Below, one piece after another: positions 1-11,877 of a stretch of DNA of 64,000 nt. Source of the stretch: Auanema rhodensis (taxonomy: Eukaryota > Animalia > Nematoda); NCBI GenBank assembly GCA_964057225.1, contig OZ059898.1:2914001-2978000 (forward strand), read 5' to 3'. The position numbers were made by a program, and so were the translations under genes. The number at the start of each line of letters is the position of its first letter. Positions within the stretch are counted from its first letter, which is position 1. Below the pieces are notes generated by a model that was not told where the DNA came from, made no database searches, and worked only from the letters and a program-made list of their open reading frames with translations.

Positions 1-54
1 TCGATCTGTTTTATCAGATTTGCGCTAGCTTAAAAATGCACCGAGATATCAACT

Positions 55-76
55 GATATAAGTTCACACTTATATC
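55..76. other. Perfect 9-bp inverted repeat with 4-nt loop (present in most monomers)
   Basis: GATATAAGT-tcac-ACTTATATC. It overlaps a second 6-bp dyad, ATATCA-ac-TGATAT (46-59). Confidence 0.9.
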
Positions 77-184
77 CTCGATTTTCACCCTGAAGAATTA
101 ATTTTTTCGTTGAATAACATTGTCCATCGTCTTTGCCTTGAAAAAAGGAATCTAAAAACATCTACTTTTTGCTAAATTATATTG

Positions 185-203
185 AAATTTTTCGAAAAAA
201 TTT
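185..203. other. Near-perfect A/T-tract palindrome centred on CpG
   Basis: AAATTTTTCGAAAAAATTT, perfect except for one extra A. Confidence 0.85.
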
Positions 204-226
204 TTGTCAAAATGTTTTTGGAAGCA

Positions 227-254
227 ATGTTGAGTGTACATGGAAACTCAACAT
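227..254. other. Perfect 9-bp inverted repeat with 10-nt loop (present in nearly all monomers)
   Basis: ATGTTGAGT-gtacatggaa-ACTCAACAT. Confidence 0.9.
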
Positions 255-337
255 ACACTAATGCATCATTTTTCAAACGATCATAACTAATTTTTCTATA
301 AAGCGTTTTTCAATGTAGTATAGTGCATTCGATGCGG

Positions 338-388
338 ATTTTTAAGCTGCGTCGATCTGTGTTATCAGATTTGCGCTAGCTTAAAAAT
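338..388. other. 51-bp imperfect hairpin/cruciform-capable dyad (recurs at each monomer junction as phased here)
   Basis: ATTTTTAAGCT (338-348) pairs with AGCTTAAAAAT (378-388). Inner GCG/CGC and ATCTG/CAGAT arms enclose the loop TGTTAT. Confidence 0.9.
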
Positions 389-3300
389 GCACCAAGATAT
401 CAACTGATATAAGTTCACACTTATATCCTCGATTTTCACCCTGAAGAATTAATTTTTTCGTTGAATAACATTGTCCATCGTCTTTGCCTTGAAAAAAGAA
501 ATCTAAAAACATCTATTTTTTGCTAAATTATATTGAAATTTTTCGAAAAAATTTTTGTCAAAATGTTTTTGGAAGCAATGTTGAGTGTACATGGAAACTC
601 AACATACACTAATGCATCATTTTTCAAACGATCATAACTAATTTTTGTATTAAGCGTTTCTCAATGTAGTAAAGTGCATTCGATGCGGATTTTTAAGCTG
701 CGTCGATCTGTGTTATCAGATTTGCGCTAGCTTAAAAATGCACCGAGATATCAACTGATATAAGTTCACACTTATATCCTCGATTTTCACCCTGAAGAAT
801 TAATTTTTTCGTTGAATAACATTGTCCATCGTCTTTGCCTTGAAAAAAGAAATCTAAAAACATCTACTTTTTGCTAAATTATATTGAAATTTTTCGAAAA
901 AATTTTTGTCAAAATGTTTTTGGAAGCAATGTTGAGTGTACATGGAAACTCAACATACACTAATGCATAATTTTTCAAACGATCATAACTAATTTTTGTA
1001 TTAAGCGTTTCTCAATGTAGTATAGTGCATTCGATGCGGATTTTTAAGCTGCGTCGATCTGTGTTATCAGATTTGCGCTAGCTTAAAAATGCACCAAGAT
1101 ATCAACTGATATAAGTTCACACTTATATCCTCGATTTTCACCCTGAAGAATTAATTTTTTCGTTGAATAACATTGTCCATCGTCTTTGCCTTGAAAAAAG
1201 AAATCTAAAAACATCTACTTTTTGCTAAATTATATTAAAATTTTTCGAAAAAATTTTTGTCAAAATGTTTTTGGAAGCAATGTTGAGTGTACATGGAAAC
1301 TCAACATACACTAATGCATCATTTTTCAAACGATCATAACTAATTTTTCTATAAAGCGTTTCTCAATGTAGTATAGTGCATTCTATGCGGATTTTTAAGC
1401 TGCGTCGATCTGTGTTATCAGATTTGCGCTAGCTTAAAAATGCACCGAGATATCAACTGATATAAGTTCACACTTATATCCTCGATTTTCACCCTGAAGA
1501 ATTAATTTTTTCGTTGAATAACATTGTCCATCGTCTTTGCCTTGAAAAAAGGAATCTAAAAACATCTACTTTTTGCTAAATTATATTGAAATTTTTCGAA
1601 AAAATTTTTGTCAAAATGTTTTTGGAAGCAATGTTGAGTGTACATGGAAACTCAACATACACTAATGCATCATTTTTCAAACGATCATAACTAATTTTTC
1701 TATAAAGCGTTTTTCAATGTAGTATAGTGCATTCGATGCGGATTTTTAAGCTGCGTCGATCTGTGTTATCAGATTTGCGCTAGCTTAAAAATGCACCAAG
1801 ATATCAACTGATATAAGTTCACACTTATATCCTCGATTTTCACCCTGAAGAATTAATTTTTTCGTTGAATAACATTGTCCATCGTCTTTGCCTTGAAAAA
1901 AGAAATCTAAAAACATCTATTTTTTGCTAAATTATATTGAAATTTTTCGAAAAAATTTTTGTCAAAATGTTTTTGGAAGCAATGTTGAGTGTACATGGAA
2001 ACTCAACATACACTAATGCATCATTTTTCAAACGATCATAACTAATTTTTGTATTAAGCGTTTTTCAATGTAGTATAGTGCATTCGATGCGGATTTTTAA
2101 GCTGCGTCGATCTGTTTTATCAGATTTGCGCTAGCTTAAAAATGCACCGAGATATCAACTGATATAAGTTCACACTTATATCCTCGATTTTCACCCTGAA
2201 GAATTAATTTTTTCGTTGAATAACATTGTCCATCGTCTTTGCCTTGAAAAAAGGAATCTAAAAACATCTACTTTTTGCTAAATTATATTGAAATTTTTCG
2301 AAAAAATTTTTGTCAAAATGTTTTTGGAAGCAATGTTGAGTGTACATGGAAACTCAACATACACTAATGCATCATTTTTCAAACGATCATAACTAATTTT
2401 TCTATAAAGCGTTTTTCAATGTAGTATAGTGCATTCGATGCGGATTTTTAAGCTGCGTCGATCTGTGTTATCAGATTTGCGCTAGCTTAAAAATGCACCA
2501 AGATATCAACTGATATAAGTTCACACTTATATCCTCGATTTTCACCCTGAAGAATTAATTTTTTCGTTGAATAACATTGTCCATCGTCTTTGCCTTGAAA
2601 AAAGAAATCTAAAAACATCTATTTTTTGCTAAATTATATTGAAATTTTTCGAAAAAATTTTTGTCAAAATGTTTTTGGAAGCAATGTTGAGTGTACATGG
2701 AAACTCAACATACACTAATGCATCATTTTTCAAACGATCATAACTAATTTTTGTATTAAGCGTTTCTCAATGTAGTAAAGTGCATTCGATGCGGATTTTT
2801 AAGCTGCGTCGATCTGTGTTATCAGATTTGCGCTAGCTTAAAAATGCACCGAGATATCAACTGATATAAGTTCACACTTATATCCTCGATTTTCACCCTG
2901 AAGAATTAATTTTTTCGTTGAATAACATTGTCCATCGTCTTTGCCTTGAAAAAAGGAATCTAAAAACATCTACTTTTTGCTAAATTATATTGAAATTTTT
3001 CGAAAAAATTTTTGTCAAAATGTTTTTGGAAGCAATGTTGAGTGTACATGGAAACTCAACATACACTAATGCATCATTTTTCAAACGATCATAACTAATT
3101 TTTCTATAAAGCGTTTTTCAATGTAGTATAGTGCATTCGATGCGGATTTTTAAGCTGCGTCGATCTGTGTTATCAGATTTGCGCTAGCTTAAAAATGCAC
3201 CAAGATATCAACTGATATAAGTTCACACTTATATCCTCGATTTTCACCCTGAAGAATTAATTTTTTCGTTGAATAACATTGTCCATCGTCTTTGCCTTGA

Positions 3301-6300
3301 AAAAAGAAATCTAAAAACATCTATTTTTTGCTAAATTATATTGAAATTTTTCGAAAAAATTTTTGTCAAAATGTTTTTGGAAGCAATGTTGAGTGTACAT
3401 GGAAACTCAACATACACTAATGCATCATTTTTCAAACGATCATAACTAATTTTTGTATTAAGCGTTTCTCAATGTAGTAAAGTGCATTCGATGCGGATTT
3501 TTAAGCTGCGTCGATCTGTGTTATCAGATTTGCGCTAGCTTAAAAATGCACCGAGATATCAACTGATATAAGTTCACACTTATATCCTCGATTTTCACCC
3601 TGAAGAATTAATTTTTTCGTTGAATAACATTGTCCATCGTCTTTGCCTTGAAAAAAGAAATCTAAAAACATCTACTTTTTGCTAAATTATATTGAAATTT
3701 TTCGAAAAAATTTTTGTCAAAATGTTTTTGGAAGCAATGTTGAGTGTACATGGAAACTCAACATACACTAATGCATAATTTTTCAAACGATCATAACTAA
3801 TTTTTGTATTAAGCGTTTCTCAATGTAGTATAGTGCATTCGATGCGGATTTTTAAGCTGCGTCGATCTGTGTTATCAGATTTGCGCTAGCTTAAAAATGC
3901 ACCAAGATATCAACTGATATAAGTTCACACTTATATCCTCGATTTTCACCCTGAAGAATTAATTTTTTCGTTGAATAACATTGTCCATCGTCTTTGCCTT
4001 GAAAAAAGAAATCTAAAAACATCTACTTTTTGCTAAATTATATTAAAATTTTTCGAAAAAATTTTTGTCAAAATGTTTTTGGAAGCAATGTTGAGTGTAC
4101 ATGGAAACTCAACATACACTAATGCATCATTTTTCAAACGATCATAACTAATTTTTCTATAAAGCGTTTCTCAATGTAGTATAGTGCATTCTATGCGGAT
4201 TTTTAAGCTGCGTCGATCTGTGTTATCAGATTTGCGCTAGCTTAAAAATGCACCGAGATATCAACTGATATAAGTTCACACTTATATCCTCGATTTTCAC
4301 CCTGAAGAATTAATTTTTTCGTTGAATAACATTGTCCATCGTCTTTGCCTTGAAAAAAGGAATCTAAAAACATCTACTTTTTGCTAAATTATATTGAAAT
4401 TTTTCGAAAAAATTTTTGTCAAAATGTTTTTGGAAGCAATGTTGAGTGTACATGGAAACTCAACATACACTAATGCATCATTTTTCAAACGATCATAACT
4501 AATTTTTCTATAAAGCGTTTTTCAATGTAGTATAGTGCATTCGATGCGGATTTTTAAGCTGCGTCGATCTGTGTTATCAGATTTGCGCTAGCTTAAAAAT
4601 GCACCAAGATATCAACTGATATAAGTTCACACTTATATCCTCGATTTTCACCCTGAAGAATTAATTTTTTCGTTGAATAACATTGTCCATCGTCTTTGCC
4701 TTGAAAAAAGAAATCTAAAAACATCTATTTTTTGCTAAATTATATTGAAATTTTTCGAAAAAATTTTTGTCAAAATGTTTTTGGAAGCAATGTTGAGTGT
4801 ACATGGAAACTCAACATACACTAATGCATCATTTTTCAAACGATCATAACTAATTTTTGTATTAAGCGTTTTTCAATGTAGTATAGTGCATTCGATGCGG
4901 ATTTTTAAGCTGCGTCGATCTGTTTTATCAGATTTGCGCTAGCTTAAAAATGCACCGAGATATCAACTGATATAAGTTCACACTTATATCCTCGATTTTC
5001 ACCCTGAAGAATTAATTTTTTCGTTGAATAACATTGTCCATCGTCTTTGCCTTGAAAAAAGGAATCTAAAAACATCTACTTTTTGCTAAATTATATTGAA
5101 ATTTTTCGAAAAAATTTTTGTCAAAATGTTTTTGGAAGCAATGTTGAGTGTACATGGAAACTCAACATACACTAATGCATCATTTTTCAAACGATCATAA
5201 CTAATTTTTCTATAAAGCGTTTTTCAATGTAGTATAGTGCATTCGATGCGGATTTTTAAGCTGCGTCGATCTGTGTTATCAGATTTGCGCTAGCTTAAAA
5301 ATGCACCAAGATATCAACTGATATAAGTTCACACTTATATCCTCGATTTTCACCCTGAAGAATTAATTTTTTCGTTGAATAACATTGTCCATCGTCTTTG
5401 CCTTGAAAAAAGAAATCTAAAAACATCTATTTTTTGCTAAATTATATTGAAATTTTTCGAAAAAATTTTTGTCAAAATGTTTTTGGAAGCAATGTTGAGT
5501 GTACATGGAAACTCAACATACACTAATGCATCATTTTTCAAACGATCATAACTAATTTTTGTATTAAGCGTTTCTCAATGTAGTAAAGTGCATTCGATGC
5601 GGATTTTTAAGCTGCGTCGATCTGTGTTATCAGATTTGCGCTAGCTTAAAAATGCACCGAGATATCAACTGATATAAGTTCACACTTATATCCTCGATTT
5701 TCACCCTGAAGAATTAATTTTTTCGTTGAATAACATTGTCCATCGTCTTTGCCTTGAAAAAAGAAATCTAAAAACATCTACTTTTTGCTAAATTATATTG
5801 AAATTTTTCGAAAAAATTTTTGTCAAAATGTTTTTGGAAGCAATGTTGAGTGTACATGGAAACTCAACATACACTAATGCATAATTTTTCAAACGATCAT
5901 AACTAATTTTTGTATTAAGCGTTTCTCAATGTAGTATAGTGCATTCGATGCGGATTTTTAAGCTGCGTCGATCTGTGTTATCAGATTTGCGCTAGCTTAA
6001 AAATGCACCAAGATATCAACTGATATAAGTTCACACTTATATCCTCGATTTTCACCCTGAAGAATTAATTTTTTCGTTGAATAACATTGTCCATCGTCTT
6101 TGCCTTGAAAAAAGAAATCTAAAAACATCTACTTTTTGCTAAATTATATTAAAATTTTTCGAAAAAATTTTTGTCAAAATGTTTTTGGAAGCAATGTTGA
6201 GTGTACATGGAAACTCAACATACACTAATGCATCATTTTTCAAACGATCATAACTAATTTTTCTATAAAGCGTTTCTCAATGTAGTATAGTGCATTCTAT

Positions 6301-9300
6301 GCGGATTTTTAAGCTGCGTCGATCTGTGTTATCAGATTTGCGCTAGCTTAAAAATGCACCGAGATATCAACTGATATAAGTTCACACTTATATCCTCGAT
6401 TTTCACCCTGAAGAATTAATTTTTTCGTTGAATAACATTGTCCATCGTCTTTGCCTTGAAAAAAGGAATCTAAAAACATCTACTTTTTGCTAAATTATAT
6501 TGAAATTTTTCGAAAAAATTTTTGTCAAAATGTTTTTGGAAGCAATGTTGAGTGTACATGGAAACTCAACATACACTAATGCATCATTTTTCAAACGATC
6601 ATAACTAATTTTTCTATAAAGCGTTTTTCAATGTAGTATAGTGCATTCGATGCGGATTTTTAAGCTGCGTCGATCTGTGTTATCAGATTTGCGCTAGCTT
6701 AAAAATGCACCAAGATATCAACTGATATAAGTTCACACTTATATCCTCGATTTTCACCCTGAAGAATTAATTTTTTCGTTGAATAACATTGTCCATCGTC
6801 TTTGCCTTGAAAAAAGAAATCTAAAAACATCTATTTTTTGCTAAATTATATTGAAATTTTTCGAAAAAATTTTTGTCAAAATGTTTTTGGAAGCAATGTT
6901 GAGTGTACATGGAAACTCAACATACACTAATGCATCATTTTTCAAACGATCATAACTAATTTTTGTATTAAGCGTTTTTCAATGTAGTATAGTGCATTCG
7001 ATGCGGATTTTTAAGCTGCGTCGATCTGTTTTATCAGATTTGCGCTAGCTTAAAAATGCACCGAGATATCAACTGATATAAGTTCACACTTATATCCTCG
7101 ATTTTCACCCTGAAGAATTAATTTTTTCGTTGAATAACATTGTCCATCGTCTTTGCCTTGAAAAAAGGAATCTAAAAACATCTACTTTTTGCTAAATTAT
7201 ATTGAAATTTTTCGAAAAAATTTTTGTCAAAATGTTTTTGGAAGCAATGTTGAGTGTACATGGAAACTCAACATACACTAATGCATCATTTTTCAAACGA
7301 TCATAACTAATTTTTCTATAAAGCGTTTTTCAATGTAGTATAGTGCATTCGATGCGGATTTTTAAGCTGCGTCGATCTGTGTTATCAGATTTGCGCTAGC
7401 TTAAAAATGCACCAAGATATCAACTGATATAAGTTCACACTTATATCCTCGATTTTCACCCTGAAGAATTAATTTTTTCGTTGAATAACATTGTCCATCG
7501 TCTTTGCCTTGAAAAAAGAAATCTAAAAACATCTATTTTTTGCTAAATTATATTGAAATTTTTCGAAAAAATTTTTGTCAAAATGTTTTTGGAAGCAATG
7601 TTGAGTGTACATGGAAACTCAACATACACTAATGCATCATTTTTCAAACGATCATAACTAATTTTTGTATTAAGCGTTTTTCAATGTAGTATAGTGCATT
7701 CGATGCGGATTTTTAAGCTGCGTCGATCTGTTTTATCAGATTTGCGCTAGCTTAAAAATGCACCAAGATATCAACTGATATAAGTTCACACTTATATCCT
7801 CGATTTTCACCCTGAAGAATTAATTTTTTCGTTGAATAACATTGTCCATCGTCTTTGCCTTGAAAAAAGAAATCTAAAAACATCTATTTTTTGCTAAATT
7901 ATATTGAAATTTTTCGAAAAAATTTTTGTCAAAATGTTTTTGGAAGCAATGTTGAGTGTACATGGAAACTCAACATACACTAATGCATCATTTTTCAAAC
8001 GATCATAACTAATTTTTGTATTAAGCGTTTTTCAATGTAGTATAGTGCATTCGATGCGGATTTTTAAGCTGCGTCGATCTGTTTTATCAGATTTGCGCTA
8101 GCTTAAAAATGCACCGAGATATCAACTGATATAAGTTCACACTTATATCCTCGATTTTCACCCTGAAGAATTAATTTTTTCGTTGAATAACAATGTCCAT
8201 CGTCTTTGCCTTAAAAAAAGGAATCTAAAAACATCTACTTTTGCTAAATTATATTGAAATTTTTCGAAAAAAGTTTTGTCAAAATGTTTTTGGAAGCAAT
8301 GTTGAGTGTACATGGAAACTCAACATACACTAATGCATCATTTTTCAAACGATCATAACTAATTTTTCTATAAAGCGTTTTTCAATGTAGTATAGTGCAT
8401 TCGATGCGGATTTTTAAGCTGCGTCGATCTGTGTTATCAGATTTGCGCTAGCTTAAAAATGCACCAAGATATCAACTGATATAAGTTCACACTTATATCC
8501 TCGATTTTCACCCTGAAGAATTAATTTTTTCGTTGAATAACATTGTCCATCGTCTTTGCCTTGAAAAAAGAAATCTAAAAACATCTATTTTTTGCTAAAT
8601 TATATTGAAATTTTTCGAAAAAATTTTTGTCAAAATGTTTTTGGAAGCAATGTTGAGTGTACATGGAAACTCAACATACACTAATGCATCATTTTTCAAA
8701 CGATCATAACTAATTTTTGTATTAAGCGTTTTTCAATGTAGTATAGTGCATTCGATGCGGATTTTTAAGCTGCGTCGATCTGTTTTATCAGATTTGCGCT
8801 AGCTTAAAAATGCACCGAGATATCAACTGATATAAGTTCACACTTATATCCTCGATTTTCACCCTGAAGAATTAATTTTTTCGTTGAATAACAATGTCCA
8901 TCGTCTTTGCCTTAAAAAAAGGAATCTAAAAACATCTACTTTTGCTAGATTATTTTGAAATTTCTCGAAAAAATTTTTGTCAAAATGTTTTTGGAAGCAA
9001 TGTTGAGTGTACATAGAAACTCAACATACACTAATGCATAATTTTTCAAACGATCATAACTAATTTTTGTATTAAGCGTTTTTCAATGTAGTATAGTGCA
9101 TTCGATGCGGATTTTCAAGCTGCGTCGATCTGTGTTATCAGATTTGCGCTAGCTTAAAAATAAACCGAGATATCAACTGATATAAGTTCACACTTATATC
9201 CTCGATTTTCACCCTGAAGAATTAATTTTTTCGTTGAATAACAATGTCCATCGTCTTTGCCTTGAAAAAAGAAATCTAAAAACATCTACTTTTTGCTAAA

Positions 9301-11877
9301 TTATTTTGAAATTTTTCGAAAAAATTTTTGTCAAAATGTTTTTGGAAGCAATGTTGAGTGTACATGGAAACTCAACATACACTAATGCATCATTTTTCAA
9401 ACGATCATAACTAATTTTTGTATTAAGCGTTTCTCAATGTAGTATAGTGCATTCGATGCGGATTTTTAAGCTGCGTCGATCTGTGTTATCAGATTTGCGC
9501 TAGCTTAAAAATGCACCGAGATATCAACTGATATAAGTTCACACTTATATCCTCGATTTTCACCCTGAAGAATTAATTTTTTCGTTGAATAACATTGTCC
9601 ATCGTCTTTGCCTTGAAAAAAGAAATCTAAAAACATCTACTTTTTGCTAAATTATATTGAAATTTTTCGAAAAAATTTTTGTCAAAATGTTTTTGGAAGC
9701 AATGTTGAGTGTACATGGAAACTCAACATACACTAATGCATAATTTTTCAAACGATCATAACTAATTTTTGTATTAAGCGTTTCTTAATGTAGTATAGTG
9801 CATTCGATGCGGATTTTTAAGCTGCGTCGATCTGTGTTATCAGATTTGCGCTAGCTTAAAAATGCACCAAGATATCAACTGATATAAGTTCACACTTATA
9901 TCCTCGATTTTCACCCTGAAGAATTAATTTTTTCGTTGAATAACATTGTCCATCGTCTTTGCCTTGAAAAAAGAAATCTAAAAACATCTACTTTTTGCTA
10001 AATTATTTTGAAATTTTTCGAAAAAATTTTTGTCAAAATGTTTTTGGAAGCAATGTTGAGTGTACATGGAAACTCAACATACACTAATGCATCATTTTTC
10101 AAACGATCATAACTAATTTTTCTATAAAGCGTTTCTCAATGTAGTATAGTGCATTCGATGCGGATTTTTAAGCTGCGTCGATCTGTGTGATCAGATTTGC
10201 GCTAGCTTAAAAATGCACCGAGATATCAACTGATATATGTTCACACTTATATCCTCGATTTTCACCCTGAAGAATTAATTTTTTCGTTGAATAACATTGT
10301 CCATCGTCTTTGCCTTGAAAAATGGAATCTAAAAACATCTACTTTTTGCTAAATTATTTTGAAATTTTTCGAAAAAATTTTTGTCAAAATGTTTTTGGAA
10401 GCAATGTTGAGTGTACATGGAAACTCAACATACACTAATGCATCATTTTTCAAACGATCATAACTAATTTTTGTATTAAGCTTTTCTCAATGTAGTATAG
10501 TGCATTCGATGCGGATTTTTAAGCTGCGTCGATCTGTGTTATCAGATTTGCGCTAGCTTAAAAATGCACCGAGATATCAACTGATATAAGTTCACACTTA
10601 TATCCTCGATTTTCACCCTGAAGAATTAACTTTTTCGTTGAATAACATTGTCCATCGTCTTTGCCTTGAAAAAAGGAATCTAAAAACATCTACTTTTTGG
10701 TAAATTATTTTGAAATTTTTCGAAAAAATTTTTGTCAAAATGTTTTTGGAAGCAATGTTGAGTGTACATGGAAACTCAACATACACTAATGCATCATTTT
10801 TCAAACGATCATAACTAATTTTTGTATCAAGCGTTTTTCAATGTAGTATAGTGCATTCGATGCGGATTTTTAAGCTGCGTCGATCTGTGTGATCAGATTT
10901 GCGCTAGCTTAAAAATGCACCGAGATATCAACTGATATAAGTTCACACTTATATCCTCGATTTTCACCCTGAAGAATTAATTTTTTCGTTGAATAACATT
11001 GTCCATCGTCTTTGCCTTGAAAAAAGGAATCTAAAAACATCTACTTTTTGGTAAATTATTTTGAAATTTTTCGAAAAAATTTTTGTCAAAATGTTTTTGG
11101 AAGCAATGTTGAGTGTACATGGAAACTCAACATACACTAATGCATCATTTTTCAAACGATCATAACTAATTTTTGTATCAAGCGTTTTTCAATGTAGTAT
11201 AGTGCATTCGATGCGGATTTTTAAGCTGCGTCGATCTGTGTTATCAGATTTGCGCTAGCTTAAAAATGCACCGAGATATCAACTGATATAAGTTCACACT
11301 TATATCCTCGATTTTCACCCTGAAGAATTAACTTTTTCGTTGAATAACATGGTCCATCGTCTTTGCCTTGAAAAATGGAATCTAAAAACATCTACTTTTT
11401 GGTAAATTATTTTGAAATTTTTCGAAAAAATTTTTGTCAAAATGTTTTTGGAAGCAATGTTGAGTGTACATGGAAACTCAACATACACGAATGCATCATT
11501 TTTCAAACGATCATAACTAATTTTTGTATTAAGCGTTTTTCAATGTAGTATAGTGCATTCGATGCGGATTTTTAAGCTGCGTCGATCTGTGTTATCAGAT
11601 TTGCGCTAGCTTAAAAATGCACCGAGATATCAACTGATATAAGTTCACACTTATATCCTCGATTTTCATCCTGAAGAATTAATTTTTTCGTTGAATAACA
11701 TTGTCCATAGTCTTTGCCTTGAAAAATGGAATCTAAAAACATCTACTTTTTGCTAAATTATTTTGAAATTTTTCGAAAAAATTTTTGTCAAAATGTTTTT
11801 GGAAGCAATGTTGAGTGTACATGGAAACTCAACATACACGAATGCATCATTTTTCAAACGATCATAACTAATTTTTG

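Larger units (their letters stand above)
1..351. repeat. Representative 351-bp monomer (phase arbitrary)
   Basis: Hand count: 108/351 G+C (57 C, 51 G), 12 CpG, many A4-6/T4-6 tracts. The next copy starts at 352. Confidence 0.98.
1..7020. repeat. Local higher-order repeat: 6-mer (2106 bp) / 8-mer variant / 6-mer
   Basis: The diagnostic monomer (TATTAAAA plus TTCTATG) starts at 1054, 3862 and 5968, spacings 2808 and 2106. Blocks 1-2106 and 4915-7020 have the same variant order. Confidence 0.88.

Noticed and set aside
55-85. Intrinsic (rho-independent) terminator at a hairpin followed by a T tract
   Set aside because: The stem is AT-rich, there is no upstream gene, and the context is a eukaryote-type satellite.
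105-121. CENP-B box-like motif (TTTCGTTGAATAACATT)
   Set aside because: It matches the TTCG....A half but lacks the essential CGGG, so it is not a functional CENP-B box by the known consensus.
90-254. Satellite-encoded hammerhead ribozyme (CTGAAGA at 90-96 fits CUGANGA; GAAAC at 243-247 adjoins a stem)
   Set aside because: No stem II links CTGAAGA to a GAAA, I found no stem I partner, and the would-be cleavage triplet is GUG rather than NUH. The minus strand has only CTGATAA. An Infernal/RNAMotif scan of a dimer would settle it.
1-351. Tandem 5S rRNA, tRNA, snRNA or spliced-leader gene unit
   Set aside because: The unit length is compatible, but I recognise no 5S, tRNA cloverleaf, snRNA or SL sequence on either strand, and there is no conserved-gene versus variable-spacer contrast.
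1-351. Monomer as a dimer of ~175-bp or trimer of 117-bp subrepeats
   Set aside because: No direct similarity between halves or thirds is visible by eye.
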